Part shown: in pieces, positions 1 through 13,047 of the stretch
Layout: every line of letters starts with the position of its first letter
How positions within the stretch are numbered: position 1 is the first letter of the stretch
DNA from: Mobula hypostoma
Lineage: Eukaryota
NCBI RefSeq assembly: GCF_963921235.1
Contig: NC_086108.1
Location: forward strand, 79,238,001-79,302,000
DNA length: 64,000 bases
Reading direction: 5' to 3'
Position numbers and translations under genes: made by a program
The notes under the pieces: generated by a model
The model's input: only the letters and a program-made list of their open reading frames with translations
Told to the model about the DNA's origin: nothing
Databases searched by the model: none

Positions 1-169
1 TGCAATTTCTGTAAAAATCTCTAAGAAATGCATATTCTTCCATCTCGGATCCCTCTCCATAATCATTCTCACCATTGTCTGCCATGTCTTCAACTACCTT
101 CATCCAGAATTCTCTTTCCAACCCTATTCCCTTTTCTCCTCCTTATATAAATGTTAAACAAACTACAAA

Positions 170-297
170 CAATTGAAAATCTGCAAATGCTGGAAATCAA
201 AGTAATACACACAAAATGCTGCAGGAACTCAGCAGGCCAGGCAGCATCTATGGAAGAAAGTAAACAGTCGATCTTTTTGCCCAAAACATTGACTGTT
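170..297 (-). mobile_element. Penelope-like element terminal fragment
   Basis: ctgcaaatgctggaaatc...gaactcagcaggccaggcagcatct matches the terminal repeat of the other Penelope-like copies in this window. Confidence 0.65.
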
Positions 298-780
298 AAA
301 CTATCTCTTTGACAACAGGCTTTTCACCTTGCCAGATGTCACCACCATTGGCTTGGTGGTTACTTTTGCTTGATTTCCTCCTGATTGTCAATGGAAATAA
401 GGGACTTAATAGATTGTTGAGCTATACAGCACATACCTGCTTTACGAGAAGTCTAAATTCAAATTTGCTTCCAATGCGTCCTTTCATTGCTTTGCATAAA
501 ATCAATATCATCAAAGGTCTCTGAAATAAAATGAAGGTATTTACCACTAATCTGTCCAAAGGGCCTTTCCATCTGTTGATTACTCTGTGCTAGAAAGTAC
601 TTCTGAATATCAATGCGGTATCATCTATAACTATTTTTGACATCCAGATGGCATCTCAACACTGAAGCAATGGGTGGTACCAATCAGAATTTCATGCCAC
701 CAGTTTTTCCATGATGAGAGTGGAGAATTGCTGTGATTTTGTTCACAACATACAGATGACAATGTACAGATGTCTAACCA

Positions 781-794
781 GTTACCATAGCAAT
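781..794. promoter_or_regulatory. RFX X-box-like palindrome
   Basis: GTTACCATAGCAAT vs consensus GTTNCCATRGNAAC, in non-repetitive sequence; motif only. Confidence 0.25.
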
Positions 795-2002
795 AGAAGG
801 AAATCAAGAGAATACAGTCAGAGACAGTAGCTGGAATTTTAGTTATAGTGAAAGGAAATTAAAATTACACTAGGTTGCAGTATTTTGCAGGTCCTAATTT
901 TATAAAAAATACGATCAATATTATACTTGTAATTAATCTAGATCATTGGTGTTTCATTTTGCAATTCTTGATAAAATATTATCGTGAAGTACGTCCAATA
1001 TATGACTTGCAAGCAAGGAAACCTGAGAGTGCCCCTGCTTCTGTCAGCAACTCAAAGCCCACACTGTTACGTAAATGCTAAGGGGGAAGACGCCTGTTCC
1101 CATTATACTGAACACACATACTTCTTGTAAGAATAGAAAAGGCAAGCATAAAGCATTCAGAGTGAAAGCTTTCATATGTCTTTTTGTCTTTATCTTCAAA
1201 ATATCTTACTTTGTGGATTATCAGCAATGCCCTCAGTCTAAATAACCAACCATTTTGGAAAATGAAATACCCTGCAGCTATCTGCAGGGAGAATGAGCAA
1301 GAAACAATGTTCTGCTTTTGAGTTTAAATGCTGCGACCACAAGGGAAAATGAAGGGAAATAAATTGCCCAGAGGCAAGATTTTGAGGAAGAACTTAAGTT
1401 TGCTTGATAGAATAGAATGAATGAATTCTCTTCCCAAAACCCTGAGGACCTCTTAATTCAATAACTTGGAACAGAAAATTGTGCTTATGGAAGTTTAATC
1501 AGCAAGATGTTTTTGAAATCTTAATGGAGCTCTGCAGCTCTTCAAAGTTCAGACCTCAGTCAGTGCTAGAAGCAAATAGTTTGACTCTGATATAGGAAGA
1601 GTAATAGGTGATTGGAGTGATAATAAAGCAGTAACCTAATCGAGGGTTTCAGATGAAAGAAGACCTGTGTTGCTGCTAGGTTTGAGTGGTTTCTGCCTGA
1701 CTCCTGAACACCTTGATTAGATTACTGCTTTGTAATCTTATCAGGTTTCTTTGCTGCATTTCCTTTTTGTAAGGTTAAATATATAGAGTGATAAGTTTGC
1801 CTTCGTTCACTCCTATAATCTGTATGCAGCAGTACTAACCACTGCTATACCCACCTCCAGCCATTCAGTTCCATTGTCATTGAAGTAAAGGCCCAACAGA
1901 AGAGCAGGGCCTTATCTTTCACAGTACCCTCCTAATTGGATCCTGGGAACAGTATGTAGTTTTATATATCAACAGACAGTGTGTGTGTGTGTGTATATAT
2001 AT

Positions 2003-2537
2003 ATGAGGAACTCTGCAGATGCTGGAAATTCAAACAACACACATCAAAGTTGCTGGGGCATTAGCGGAGGAACAACACCTTATATTCCATCTGGGTAGCC
2101 TCCAACCTAATGGCATGAACATTGACTTCTCTAACTTCTGCTTATGCTCCACCTCCCATTCATACCCCATCCGTTATTTATTTATATACACACATTCTTT
2201 CTCTTTCTCTCCTTAGTCTCCCTCTGTCCCTCTGACTATACTCCTTGCCCATCCTCTGGTCCCCCATCCCCACTTGTCTTTCTCCCCGGACCTCCTGTCC
2301 CATGGTCCTCTCATATCCCTTTTGCCAATCACCTGTCCAGCTCTTGTCTCCATCCCTCCCCCTCCTGTCTTCTCCTATCATTTTGGATCTCCCCCTCCCC
2401 CTCCCACTTTCAAATCTCTTACTAGCTCTTCCTTCAGTTAGTCCTGACGAAGGGTCTCAGCCTGAAACGTCGACTGTACCTCTTCCTAGAGATGCTGCCC
2501 GGCCTGCTGTGTTCACCAGCAACTTTGATGTGTGTTT
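2003..2537 (+). mobile_element. Penelope-like retroelement 3' remnant with inverted 5' terminal copy
   Basis: Encodes EEQHLIFHLGSLQPNGMNIDFSNF (PLE GIY-YIG C-terminus); the 3' end of 2010-2055 is the inverted complement of 2516-2536; 22-bp direct repeat at 1948-1969 and 2563-2584. Confidence 0.8.
2440..2475 (+). ncRNA. minimal type I hammerhead ribozyme motif in Penelope terminal repeat
   Basis: AGTC-CTGACGA-A-GGG(tctcag)CCT-GAAA-C-GTC-GACT: core boxes, helix II, GUC cleavage triplet, helix I AGTC/GACT. Confidence 0.65.
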
Positions 2538-2664
2538 GATATATATATATATATATATATCAAACAGTATGTAGTTTTATATATTGTTCTGTTTATAATT
2601 CTTGCTGCCCCAGTAAAACAGACAGCAAAATTAAAGACCCCACCTCCCAAAACATTCTCTTTTC

Positions 2665-3285
2665 TCGCCTCTCCCGTCGGGCAGAAGATTCAAAAGCCTG
2701 AAAGCACATACCGCCAGGCTCAAGGACAGCTTCTACTTCACTGTTATAAGACTATTAAATGGTTCCTTAGTATGATGGGAAGGACTCTTGACCTCATAAT
2801 CTACCTTGATATAATCTTGCACCTTACTGTTTACCTGCACTGCACTTTCTCTGTACGTAGCTGTTAGAATTGTTTTGCCTTGCTCTATCTCAATACACAT
2901 GGCGTGTGGCCAAGTGGTGAGGGCGTCGGGCTCACGATCTGAAGGTCATGGGTTCGAGTCTCGGCCAAGGCAGCGTGTTGTGTCTTTGAGGAAGGCACTT
3001 AACCACACACTGCTCCAGTCCACCCAGCTGAAAATGGGTACCGGCAAAATGCTGGGGGTTAACCTCGCGATAAACTGGCGTCCTATCCGGGGGTGGGGGG
3101 AGAGTCTCGAACTCTCAGTCGCTTCACGCCACAGAAACTGGCATAAGCACCGGCCTGATTGTCCACAAGGCTCAGGACAGACTTTAACAATCTCAATACA
3201 CAGTGTAATAATTTGATAAACACAAACAATATGCAAGACAAGCTGTTCACTATATCTTAGTGCATGTGAAAATAATAAACCTGTA
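2665..3285 (+). mobile_element. Rex1/Babar-type LINE 3' end, split by a SINE
   Basis: LPSGRRFKSLKAHTARLKDSFY-like C-terminus, then 3' UTR with AATAAA at about 3274. Confidence 0.65.
2900..3189 (+). mobile_element. tRNA-derived SINE
   Basis: A box TGGCCAAGTGG, B box GGTTCGAGTC, CORE-like tgtgtctttgaggaaggcacttaacc; 13-bp TSD atctcaatacaca at 2887-2899 and 3190-3202. Confidence 0.85.
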
Positions 3286-3309
3286 CCCATTCTAAATCCA
3301 AAATGTCTT

Positions 3310-4110
3310 ACAAACTAAGTTGCTCTCTTTCAGATAGTCTGCTTCTGGACTTAATCTTGTCTCCTACCTATGTACAGTCCTCCTGACTTTGTTTAGAGAC
3401 TGCTCTTGTTCATCATTCAGTTTCACCATGTGTGAGTTGGTCAACAAGCCTTCTTGATGGTTCTTCTATGATTGGCATCTGTTCCTCTGTTATGGGAAGA
3501 TCACTCTCATAGCAACACACACAAAATGCTGGAGGAACTCAGTACGCCAGGCAGCATCTTTGGAAAACGAGTAAGCAGTCAACGTTTCGGGCCGAGACCC
3601 TCCTTCAGACCCTTCCTCCCTCATAGTCTTGTATGATCTGGTGCATGTTGGGAGTTGAATTTCATCTGTTTGTCAGGTGAGGTTTTTATTTCACGGTGAC
3701 AGTGGTAGGTAGTTTTAAGTGGCTTGCCTGTCTTCTTTTGGCTGCTTCCAGTTGGCCTCTTCTAATATCCTTGTTTTTACAGACTTTTTGTTGTTGTTTG
3801 GTGCAGAGGTTTGGGTCATCTGCTCTTGAGTCTCAGTGCAGGACTGTTCAATATCCCTATGGCTGGGATTTTGTAGAAATCCTCAAGTGGGGTTCTATTT
3901 GTAATAACAAAACCTTCTCCAGCATTTTCCTTGGCAACCACCACAAGGTTATCTGCCTTTTCACCTCTCTGTCAGGTGATCAAGCTGCTCTTCCTTTGAG
4001 AACCTCTTCAGTTTGTCTGCTGTGTACTGTAGTCCATTATCTGTGGTCAGCTCCTCAGGGATGGCACATCTGGCAGACTGTCCTTTGAACTTGAGAATGA
4101 TTAATGATAA
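3310..4110 (-). mobile_element. decayed Gypsy integrase fragment, interrupted by a Penelope-like piece at about 3512-3610
   Basis: Minus strand reads ARCAIPEELTTDNGLQYTADKLKRFSKEEQLDH, like the Gypsy IN core (ARxGIPEELxTDNGPQY). Confidence 0.65.
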
Positions 4111-4234
4111 ATGGCTGATTTCCACGAAGACTGTCGACCAGAAATTTCAAAAAGCGACACTTTACTATCTGGTTTAAACAAATCTGATTGCCCAGAATTT
4201 GAATGGGACTTATAGGAATAGAATGTTTTACTGC

Positions 4235-4811
4235 AATGGCTGATGTTTCTGGGGGAAATTCAGAGGACAGAAAAGATACATCCCAAAGATGAAGAGGTAT
4301 TCTAAAGGGAAGATGACACAACTGTGGCTGACAAGGGAAGTCAAAGGCAGCATAAAAACAAAAGAGAGAGCATATAATATTGCAAAAATAGTGGAAATTT
4401 AGAGGATTGAGAGGCTGTTAAAAACCAATAGAAGGTAACTAAAAATAGCCATGAGGAGAGAAAAGATGAAATATGAAGGTAAGACAGCCAATATTATAAA
4501 AGAAGATACCAATAACATAAGTTTTTGGAGACCTATAAAGAGTAAAAGAGAAGTGAAATTTGATATCGGCTTGCAGGAAAATGACGCTGGAGGGGTAGTA
4601 ATGGGGGACAAGAAATGTCAGATGAACTTAAGTACTTTATGTCAGTCTTCACTGTGGAAGACACTGGCAGTATGCCAGAAATTTGAGAGTGTCAGGGGGG
4701 CGAAAGTAAGTGTAGTTGCTATTACTAAGAAGAAGGTGCTTGGGAAGCTGAAATGTTTGAAGGTAGATAAGACAGTTGGCCCAGATTGGTTACACCCCAG
4801 GGTTCTGAAAG
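4235..4811 (+). mobile_element. CR1 LINE ORF2 fragment
   Basis: KVLGKLKCLKVDKTVGPDWLHPRVLKE, typical CR1 region just before RT. Confidence 0.8.
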
Positions 4812-4812
4812 A

Positions 4813-5095
4813 GACTATAAGACAAGGAGCAGGACTAAGCCATTCAGCCCGTTGAGAGCTCTGCCATTCAATTATGGCTGATTTATTATCCCTCTCAACC
4901 TCATTCTTCCGCCTTCTTCCCATAACCTTTGATGCTCTGATAAATAGGAATCTATCAGCCTCCGCCTTAAATATACCCAATGACTTGGCCTGCATGGTCA
5001 TCTGTGGCAATGAATTCCAGAGATTCACCACCCTTTGTCTAAAGAAAAGTTTCCTCATTTCTGTTTTAAATATATGTCCCTCTATGCTGGATTCC
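4813..5095 (-). mobile_element. CR1 LINE 3' end
   Basis: FFRQRVVNLWNSLP...FKAEADRFL C-terminus plus 3' UTR. Confidence 0.8.
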
Positions 5096-5134
5096 CTAAT
5101 AGTTAACTTGCAGGGTGAACCAGTGGTATGGAAG

Positions 5135-6857
5135 TGGTAAGGTATGGAAGGATAGACAGGAAGGTAAGGGAGGTGGGGTAGCGCTCTTAATTAAAGATGA
5201 GATCAGGGTAATAGTGACAGATGATAGAAGATCTAAGGAGCAAAATGTTGAATCCCTCTGGGTAGAGATTAGGTAAAGAGAAAAAAATTACTAGTGGGAG
5301 TTGTCTATCAGACACCAAATAATAATAACATTACAGTGGCACAGGCAATAAACAGAGAAATATCTGAGGCATGTAAGAATGGAACAGCAGTTATAATGGG
5401 GAACTTTAACTTGCACATATATTGGGTGAATCAAGTTAGTCGAGGCAGTCTTGAGGAGGACTTTATAGAATGCATCCGTGATGGTTTTCTTGAACAGCAT
5501 GTTACTGAACCTACAAAAGAACATACAGTATTATCTTAGATCTGGGCTTGTGCAGTGAGACAGGTGATCTTATAGTTGGGGATCCTCTTGGAAAGAATGA
5601 TCACAGTATGACTGAGTTTCTCATACAAATGGAGGGTGCAATAAGTCAATCTAAAACCAGTGCATTATACCTAATTAATGAAGACTAATGGGATGAGGGA
5701 GGATTTGGCTAGTGTAGATTGGAACCACGGGCGGGACAGTTGAGGAACAGTGGAAGACTTTCAAAGAGATTTTTCACGGTGCTCAACAAAAGTATATCCC
5801 AGTTAAAAACAAGGGCAGTAAGGGTGAGAAGAGCCTGCTTTGCATAACTGAGGAAATAAGAGGAGGCATCAAACTAAAAGCTTGTGCATACTAAGTCACC
5901 AAGAGTAGTGGGAAACTGGAAGATTGGGAAAATATTAAAAAGCAACAAAGTACCACTAAGCTGGGGTACTACGAGGCTGGGGTCGAAGCGTTCGGCAGAG
6001 ATGGTGCTCGATACTCGGTGTCGGAGGGCTGATTGGAGGCTTGAAGTTTTCAGACGACTCAGAGTCGGACTGTGGTCAGGGATGGCAGGGAGGGTTTTCT
6101 TCCTTCTCCCGTCTGCGTGAGATGTGGGCCTTTTGAGAGACTTTGAACTTTTTTACTGTGCCGTGGCCTGTTCTTCATCAAGTTATGGTATTGTTGCACT
6201 GTTGTAACTATATGTTATAATCATGTGGTTTTTGTTAGTTTTTCAGTCTTGGTCTGTCCTGTGTTTCTGTGATATCACACCAGAGGAATATTGTATCATT
6301 TCTTAATGCATGCATTACTCAATGACAATAAAAGAGGACTGCGTGTCCTCATAATCTAATCTAATCTAAGCAAGCAATAAAGAAAGGGAAGCTAGATTAT
6401 GAACATAAACTAGCACAAAATATAAAAACAGATAGTAAAAGTTTTTATAATTATATAAAGTGGAAAAGGGTGGCTAAAGTGAAAGTAGGTCCCTTGGCAA
6501 ACAAGAGGGGAAAATTGATAATCGGTAATGAGCAAATGACCAAGCCTTTGAATGACTATTTTGTGTTGGGCTTCATGATGGAGGACACATCTAATATGCC
6601 AAAGAGAGATGTTATGGATGCAATAGGAGGTGAGAACCTCAAATCAATAGCTATCACTAAAGAGGTAGTGCTGAGCAAACCTGTGGGCCCCTGGTCCTGA
6701 TGGAATGCATCCCAGGGTACTGAAAGGAATGTCAGAAGTTGTAAAAAATGCTTTGGTGATGATTTACCAAAATTCCCCGGTCTCTGGCAGGTCCAGGTGG
6801 ATTGGTAAACGGCAAATGTCACACCACTGTTCAAAAGAGGATGTAGGCAAAAGAAAG
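5135..6857 (+). mobile_element. CR1 LINE ORF2 fragment (APE endonuclease to pre-RT), interrupted at 5962-6366
   Basis: GGGVAL, GVVYQTP, VIMGNFNL, FLEQHVTEPT endonuclease motifs; GPDGMHPRVLK-like motif near 6690-6725. Confidence 0.8.
5962..6366 (+). mobile_element. non-LTR element 3' portion with (ctaat)n tail
   Basis: Interrupts CR1; AATAAA then ctaatctaatctaa tail; short ctaagc duplication at both ends; family not identified. Confidence 0.55.
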
Positions 6858-9800
6858 GTATGTATATGATTTCTGAAAGATCATTTCTAATGCCACCACG
6901 ATCTCTACCACTACCTCTTTCAGAACCCCAGGGTACAGTTCATCTGGTTTGGGTGACTTATGTACCTTTAGGTCTTCCAGCTTTTTGAGCACCTTCCCTC
7001 TTGTAATAGTAACTGCACTCACTTCTCTTCCTTCACGCACTACAACATCTGACACACTGCTAGTGTCTTCCACAGTGAAGACTGAAGAAAAATACTCATT
7101 TAGTTCATCAGCCATCTCCTTGTCCCCCTTCCAGCAGCTCCTTCCAATTTACTTTGGCCTACTCCTCTCTCATGCCACTGTAATTTCCCTTACTCCACCG
7201 AAATACTGCTACATCAGACTTTACTTTCTCCCTATCAAATTTCAAGTTGAACTCAATCATATTGTGATCACTGGTTCATTTATCTTAAGCTCCCTAATCA
7301 CCTCTGGTTCGTTGCATAACACCCAATCCAGTATAGCTGATCCCCTAGCAGGCTCAATGACAAACTATCCTAAAAAACCATCTCTTAGGCATTCAACAAA
7401 CTCACTCTCTTGAGATCCATTACCAAGCTGATTTTCCCAATCGACCTGCGTGTTAAAATCTCCCATGATTTCCATAACATTGCCCTTTTGACACGCCTTC
7501 TATATTTCCTGTTGTCCACCTCCCAATCACTGTTGGGAGCCCTGTATGTAACTGCCATCAACCTTGCAGTTTCTTAACTCACCCACAAGGATTCAAAATC
7601 TCCCTATCCCATGTCACATCTTTCTACTGATTTGATGCCATTCTTTACCAGTAGAACCATATCACTCCCTCTGCCCACCTTCCTATCCCTTCGATATAAC
7701 ATGTAACCTTGGGCATTCAACTCCCAGCTACAACTACAGCCACGATTCAGTGATGGCTACAATAGGAATTTATTTTTGAGGATGTGACTAAACATATTGA
7801 TGAAGGTAGAGCTGTAGATGTAGTGTATATGGATTTCAGCAAGGCATTTGATAAGGTACCCAATGCAAGGCTTATTGAGAAAGTAAGGAGGCATGGGATC
7901 CAAGGAGACATTGCTTTGTGGATCCAGAACTGGCTTGCTCACAGAAGGCAAAGAGTGGTTGTAGATGGGTCATATTCTGCATGGAGGCCGGTGACCAGTG
8001 GTGTTCGTCAGGGATCTGTTCTGAGCCCCCTACTCTTCGTGATTTTTATAAATGACCTGGATGAGGAAGTAGAGGGATGGATTAGTAAATATGCTGATGA
8101 CAGAAATGTGTGGAGGGCTGTCAGAGGTTACAGTGGGACATTGATAGGATGCAAAACTGGACTGAGAAGTGGCAGATGGAGTTCAACCCAGGTAAGTGTG
8201 AAGTGGTTCATTTTGGCAGGTCAGATATGATGGCAGAATACAGCACTAACGTCAATACTCTTGGCAGTGCGGAGGATCACAAAAATCTTGGGGTCCGAGT
8301 CCATAGGACGCTCAAGCTACTGCGCAGGTTGACTCTGTGGTTAAGAAGGCGTACGGTGCATTGGCCTTCATCAATCATGGGATTGAGTTTAAGAGCTGAG
8401 AGGTAATGTTGCAGCTATATAGGACCCTGGTCAGACCCCACTTGGAGTACTGTGCTCAATTCTGGTCGCCTCACTACAGGAAGGACGTAGAAACCATAGA
8501 AAGGGTGCAGAGGAGATTTACAAGGATGTTGCCTGGATTGGGGAGCACGCCTTATGAGAATAGATTGAGTGAACTCAGCCTTTTCTCCTTGGAGCGGTGG
8601 AGGTTGAGAGGTGACCTGATAGAGGTGTATAAGATGATGAGAGGCATAGTGTGAATGTGTGAATAGTCAGAGGCTTTTTCCCAGGGCTGAAATGGCTAGC
8701 ATGAGAGGGCATAGTTTTAAGGTGCTTGGAAGTAGGTATAGAGGAGATGTCAGGGGTAAGTATTTTATGCAGAGAGTGATGAGTGCATGGAATGGGCTGC
8801 CGGCAGTGGTGGTGGAGGTGGAAGTGATAGGGTTTTTTAAGAGACTCCTGGATGGACACATGGAGCTTAGAAAAATAGAGGGCTATGGGTAAACCTAGGT
8901 AGTTCTAAGGTAAGGAAAAGTTCGGCAGAGCTTTGTGGGCCGAAGGGCCTGGATTATGCTGTAGGTTTTCTATGTTTCCATGTTTCTATCACACCTGGCA
9001 ATCTGTAATAGTGCAACAAAATCATCCACCTTATTTCTTATACTATGTGCATTTAGATACAACATGCTAAGTACCGTATTTGCTATCCTTTCTATTTCTG
9101 CATCCCTAATGTTTTGATACTCAGCCTGTTGGCTGCAACTAAGTCCCATCACCTGCCTGCCCCTCCTGTCAGTCTGACTGCACGCTTTCTTTACTTTTTT
9201 ACCATCCATCCTATCCTGAGTCCCTTCACTCCCTTTCCTATCCCTCTGACAAATTAGTTTGAACCCTCCCCAACAGCTCTAATAAACCTACCCACAAGGT
9301 TCAGGTGCAACCGTCACTTTTGAACATGTCACACCTCCCCCAGCAGATATCCCAATGATCCAAGAACCTGAAACCCTGCCCCCTGCACCAGCTTCTCAGC
9401 CATGTGTTTATCTGTCAAATCATCCTGTTTCTACCCTCACTGGTGTGTGGCACAGGCAGCAATCCAGAAATTACTACCTGGGAGGTCCTGCTTCTCTGCT
9501 TTCTAGCTAGCTCTCTAAATTCTCTTTTCAGGACTTCTTTGCTTTTCCTTCCTATGTCATTGGTACCAATATGTACGAAGACAGCTGGCTGCTCTCCCTC
9601 TTTATCCAAAACATTGTGGATGTGATCTGAGACATCCCTGACCCTGGCACCTGGGAGGCAACATACCATCCAGGTGTCCCGTGCACGTCCACAGAATCTC
9701 CTGTCTGTTCCCCTCACTATCGAGTCCCCTATCACTACCACTCCCTTCTTCTCTCTCTTACCCTTCTGCACCACGGACCCATGCTCAGTGCCTGTAACCC

Positions 9801-9928
9801 TGTCACCGTGGCATTCTCCCTACAGGTCATCCCCCACAAGAGCATCCAAAGCAGTATACTTATTTTTGCGTGGAATGGCCACAGGTGTGCTCTGCTCTAA
9901 CTGCCTATTTCCATTTCTCCTGACAGTC
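6858..9928 (-). mobile_element. CR1 LINE (ORF1 SGNH esterase plus ORF2 start), split by a plus-strand CR1
   Basis: ORF 9415-9774: VVIGDSIVRG, CLPGARVRD, VHIGTND; ORF2 start YLNAHSIRNKVD near 9030-9060; MADELNEYFSSVFT at 6831-7115. Confidence 0.85.
7765..8987 (+). mobile_element. CR1 LINE 5'-truncated copy (RT to 3' UTR)
   Basis: [35 protein letters not shown]; tail tttctatgtttccatgtttcta. Confidence 0.9.
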
Positions 9929-11047
9929 ATGATGGAATGAAAAATTTGCCATGATTCAATGGCGAAGTAGGCTTGACGGGCTTAATAGCCTAATTCTGAT
10001 CCTGTGTGTTATGGTCTTCTGACTTTAGGTTCTGAATCACTCCTAACAGATGCTGTATAGTTTAATCTTGTCTGGGAACCATTTAAATCTCCTGCTTCAA
10101 TGGCTGAAGGGTTGGAGTATGTTCCACCATGTTCAGTATCCTTTGCATTTCTTCTGTCCATAAGATAGAAGGGCTGTCAGCTACATGCAGATCCCTGCCT
10201 GGACAGTACCAAACTGTTACATTGTCTGCCTGACTCCTCACTATCACTCTCTTCAATCTCTTTGTTGTGCTAATGAGGAACTGAAAGTAATGGTCTTGAG
10301 TATCTTGTGATCACTGGGCACATATGAAGTTCTCCTTTATATTTACAGCTGAAACTTTTAGTGGCATAAAGGTCAATGCAAGTAATCCTTGTTTCTGTCA
10401 GATTCCTGCTAATGTATGACATTGTATGTCCTTTCTGTAAGTTTGCTGCTCCAAGATCCTTTGCTGAGACATTTCCTTATCACATCAGTTCCTTCACACC
10501 ACTGAGGCATTGTAATATATGGTTTGCTTTGACTGTCTCCATGACTCTTTTAAGCACTAAATCATGATCATCCAACCAAGGACCTTCCACACACTTCTTA
10601 GTCAGCTGCTGAGGCGGTTCACATCTTTTGATTTCGGAACACAGCTCAACTGTATCTTTACAAGTGCTTTTTACAGATAGTCTTCAAATACCAGCCTCTG
10701 CTTTCTGAGGAGGCTGAAGAGAGCTGGACATTGCACATCCATACTCACATCATTCGACAGATGCAGCAGGAACTTGCTCAGATAGTTAACTGAAGTTGTC
10801 GTCTGCTTCTGCCGGGCTTGACAAATCCTTCACTGTGGTCGAATTTTGTTGGATTTGATTGCAGACCATCTCTGCATTCCATGAAGGAGACTTCTGCCAT
10901 TTTGCACTTAATTTCTTTTGTTCATTCAACTTCAGTTGCTTCTCCCTGCACCCATTCATAAAGGTACTTGGCTTTCCTTCGAGGTTTAATTTGATTCTCT
11001 CTTTGTTTTCCCTTCTCCAAGCACCAAAGGTCATGTGCCATGGAAAT

Positions 11048-11860
11048 AAGAACATATAAAACCTACAACACAATACAGGCCCTTTGGCCCACAAAGCTGT
11101 GCCAAACATGTCCCCACCTTAGAACTACCTAGGCTTACCCATAGCCCTCTATTTTTCTAAGCTCCATGTATCCACCTAGGAGTCTCTTAAAAGACCCTAT
11201 CATTTCTCCTCCACTGCCGCCGCTGGCAGCCCATTCCACGCACTCACCACTCTCTGCGTAAAAAAATTACCCCTGACATCTCTGTACCTACTTCCAAGCA
11301 TCTTAAAACTATGCTCTCTCGTGCTAGCCATTTCAGCCCTGGGAAAAAGCCTCTGACTATCCACATGATCAATGCCTCTCATTATCTTGTACACTTCTAT
11401 CAGGCCACCTCTCATCCTCCGTCGCTCCAAGGAGAAAAGGCCGAGTTCACTCAACCTATTCTCATAAGGCATACTCCCCAATCCAGGCAACATTCTTGTA
11501 AATCTCCTCTGCATGCTTTTTATGGTTTCCACATCCTTCCTGTAGTGAGATGACCAGAACTGAGCACAGTACTCCAAGTGGGGTCTGACCAGGGTCCTTT
11601 TGCTGCAACATTACTTCTTGGCTCTTAAACTCAATCCCACGATTGATGAAGGCCAATGCACCGTATGCCTTCTTAACCACAGAGTCAACCTGCACAGCAG
11701 CTTTGAGTGTCCTATGGACTTGGACCCCAAGATTCCTCTGATCCTCTACCCTCCCAAGACTCTTGCCATTAATGCTGTATTCTGCCATCATATTTGACCT
11801 GCCAAAATGAACCACCTCATACTTCTCTGGGTTGAACTCCATCTGCTACTTCTCAGCCCA
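11048..11860 (-). mobile_element. CR1 LINE 3' fragment
   Basis: MEFNPEKYEVVHFG, EYCAQFWS, FFTQRVVSAWNGLP; same subfamily as 7765-8987 and 63664-64000. Confidence 0.9.
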
Positions 11861-11871
11861 GTAAGTTAACC

Positions 11872-13047
11872 TAGAACGTAGAACATAGAATAGTACAGCA
11901 TAGTACAGGCCCTTCGGCCCACAATGTTGTGCCGACCCTTAAACCCTGCCTCCCATATAACCCCCCACCTTAATTCCTCCATATACCTGTCTAGTAGTCT
12001 CTTAAATTTCACTAGTGTATCTGCCTCCACCACTGACTCAGGCAGTGCATTCCACGCACCAACCACTCTCTGAGTAAAAAACCTTCCTCTAATATCCCTC
12101 TTGAACTTCCCACCCCTTACCTTAAAGCCATGTCCTCTTGTATTGAACAGTGGTGCCCTGGGAAAGAGGCGCTGGCTGTCCACTCTATTTATTCCTCTTA
12201 ATATCTTGTATACCTCTATCATGTCTCCTCTCATCCTCCTTCTCTCCAAAGAGTAAAGCCCTAGCTCCCTTAATCTCTGATCATAATGCATACTCTCTAA
12301 ACCAGGCAGCATCCTGGTAAATCTCCTCTGTACCCTTTCCAATGCTTCTACATCCTTCCTATAGTGAGGCAACCAGAACTGGACACAGTGCTCCAAGTGT
12401 AGCCTAACCAGAGTTTTATAGAGCTGCATCATTACCTCGCGACTCTTAAACTCTATCCCTTGACTTTTGAAAGCTAATACCCCATTAGGTTTCTTAACTA
12501 CCCTATCTACCTGTGAGGCAACTTTCAGGGATCTGGGACATGTACCCCCAGATCCCTCTGCTCCTCCACACTCCCATGTATCCTTTGTACATTTACTTTG
12601 TACTCTGTCTTGGAGTTTGTCCTTCCGAAGTGTACTACCTCACACTCCTCCGGGTTGAACTCCATCTGCCACTTCTCAGCCCACTTCTGCATCCTATCAA
12701 TGTCTCTCTGCAATCTTCAACAATCCTCTACACTATCTACAACACCACCAACCTTTGTGTCGTCTGCAAACTTGCCAACCCACCCTTCGACCCCCACATC
12801 CAGGTCGTTAATGAAAATCACGAAAAGTAGAGGTCCCAGAACTGATCCTTGTGGGACACCACTAGTCACAATCCTCCAATCTGAATGTACTCCCTCCACT
12901 ACCACTCTCTGCCTTCTGCAGGCAAGCCAATTCTGAATCCACCTGGCCAAACTTCCCTGGATCCCATGCCTTCTGACTTTCTGAATAAGCCTACCATGTG
13001 GAACCTTGTCAAATGCCTTACTAAAATCCATCTAGATCACATCCACA
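11872..13047 (-). mobile_element. CR1 LINE 5'-truncated copy, well preserved
   Basis: [27 protein letters not shown]; tail (catagaa)n. Confidence 0.9.

Noticed and set aside
1..125. Open minus frame EFWMKVVEDMADNGENDYGEGSEMEEYAFLRDFYRNC running off the window
   Set aside because: No polypyrimidine acceptor and no recognised homology; cannot be judged at the window edge
2900..2975. tRNA gene
   Set aside because: Continues into a SINE body and is flanked by a TSD
10786..11045. ORF-like purine-rich minus stretch
   Set aside because: Its start lies in a CR1 tail; no motifs or splice signals recognised
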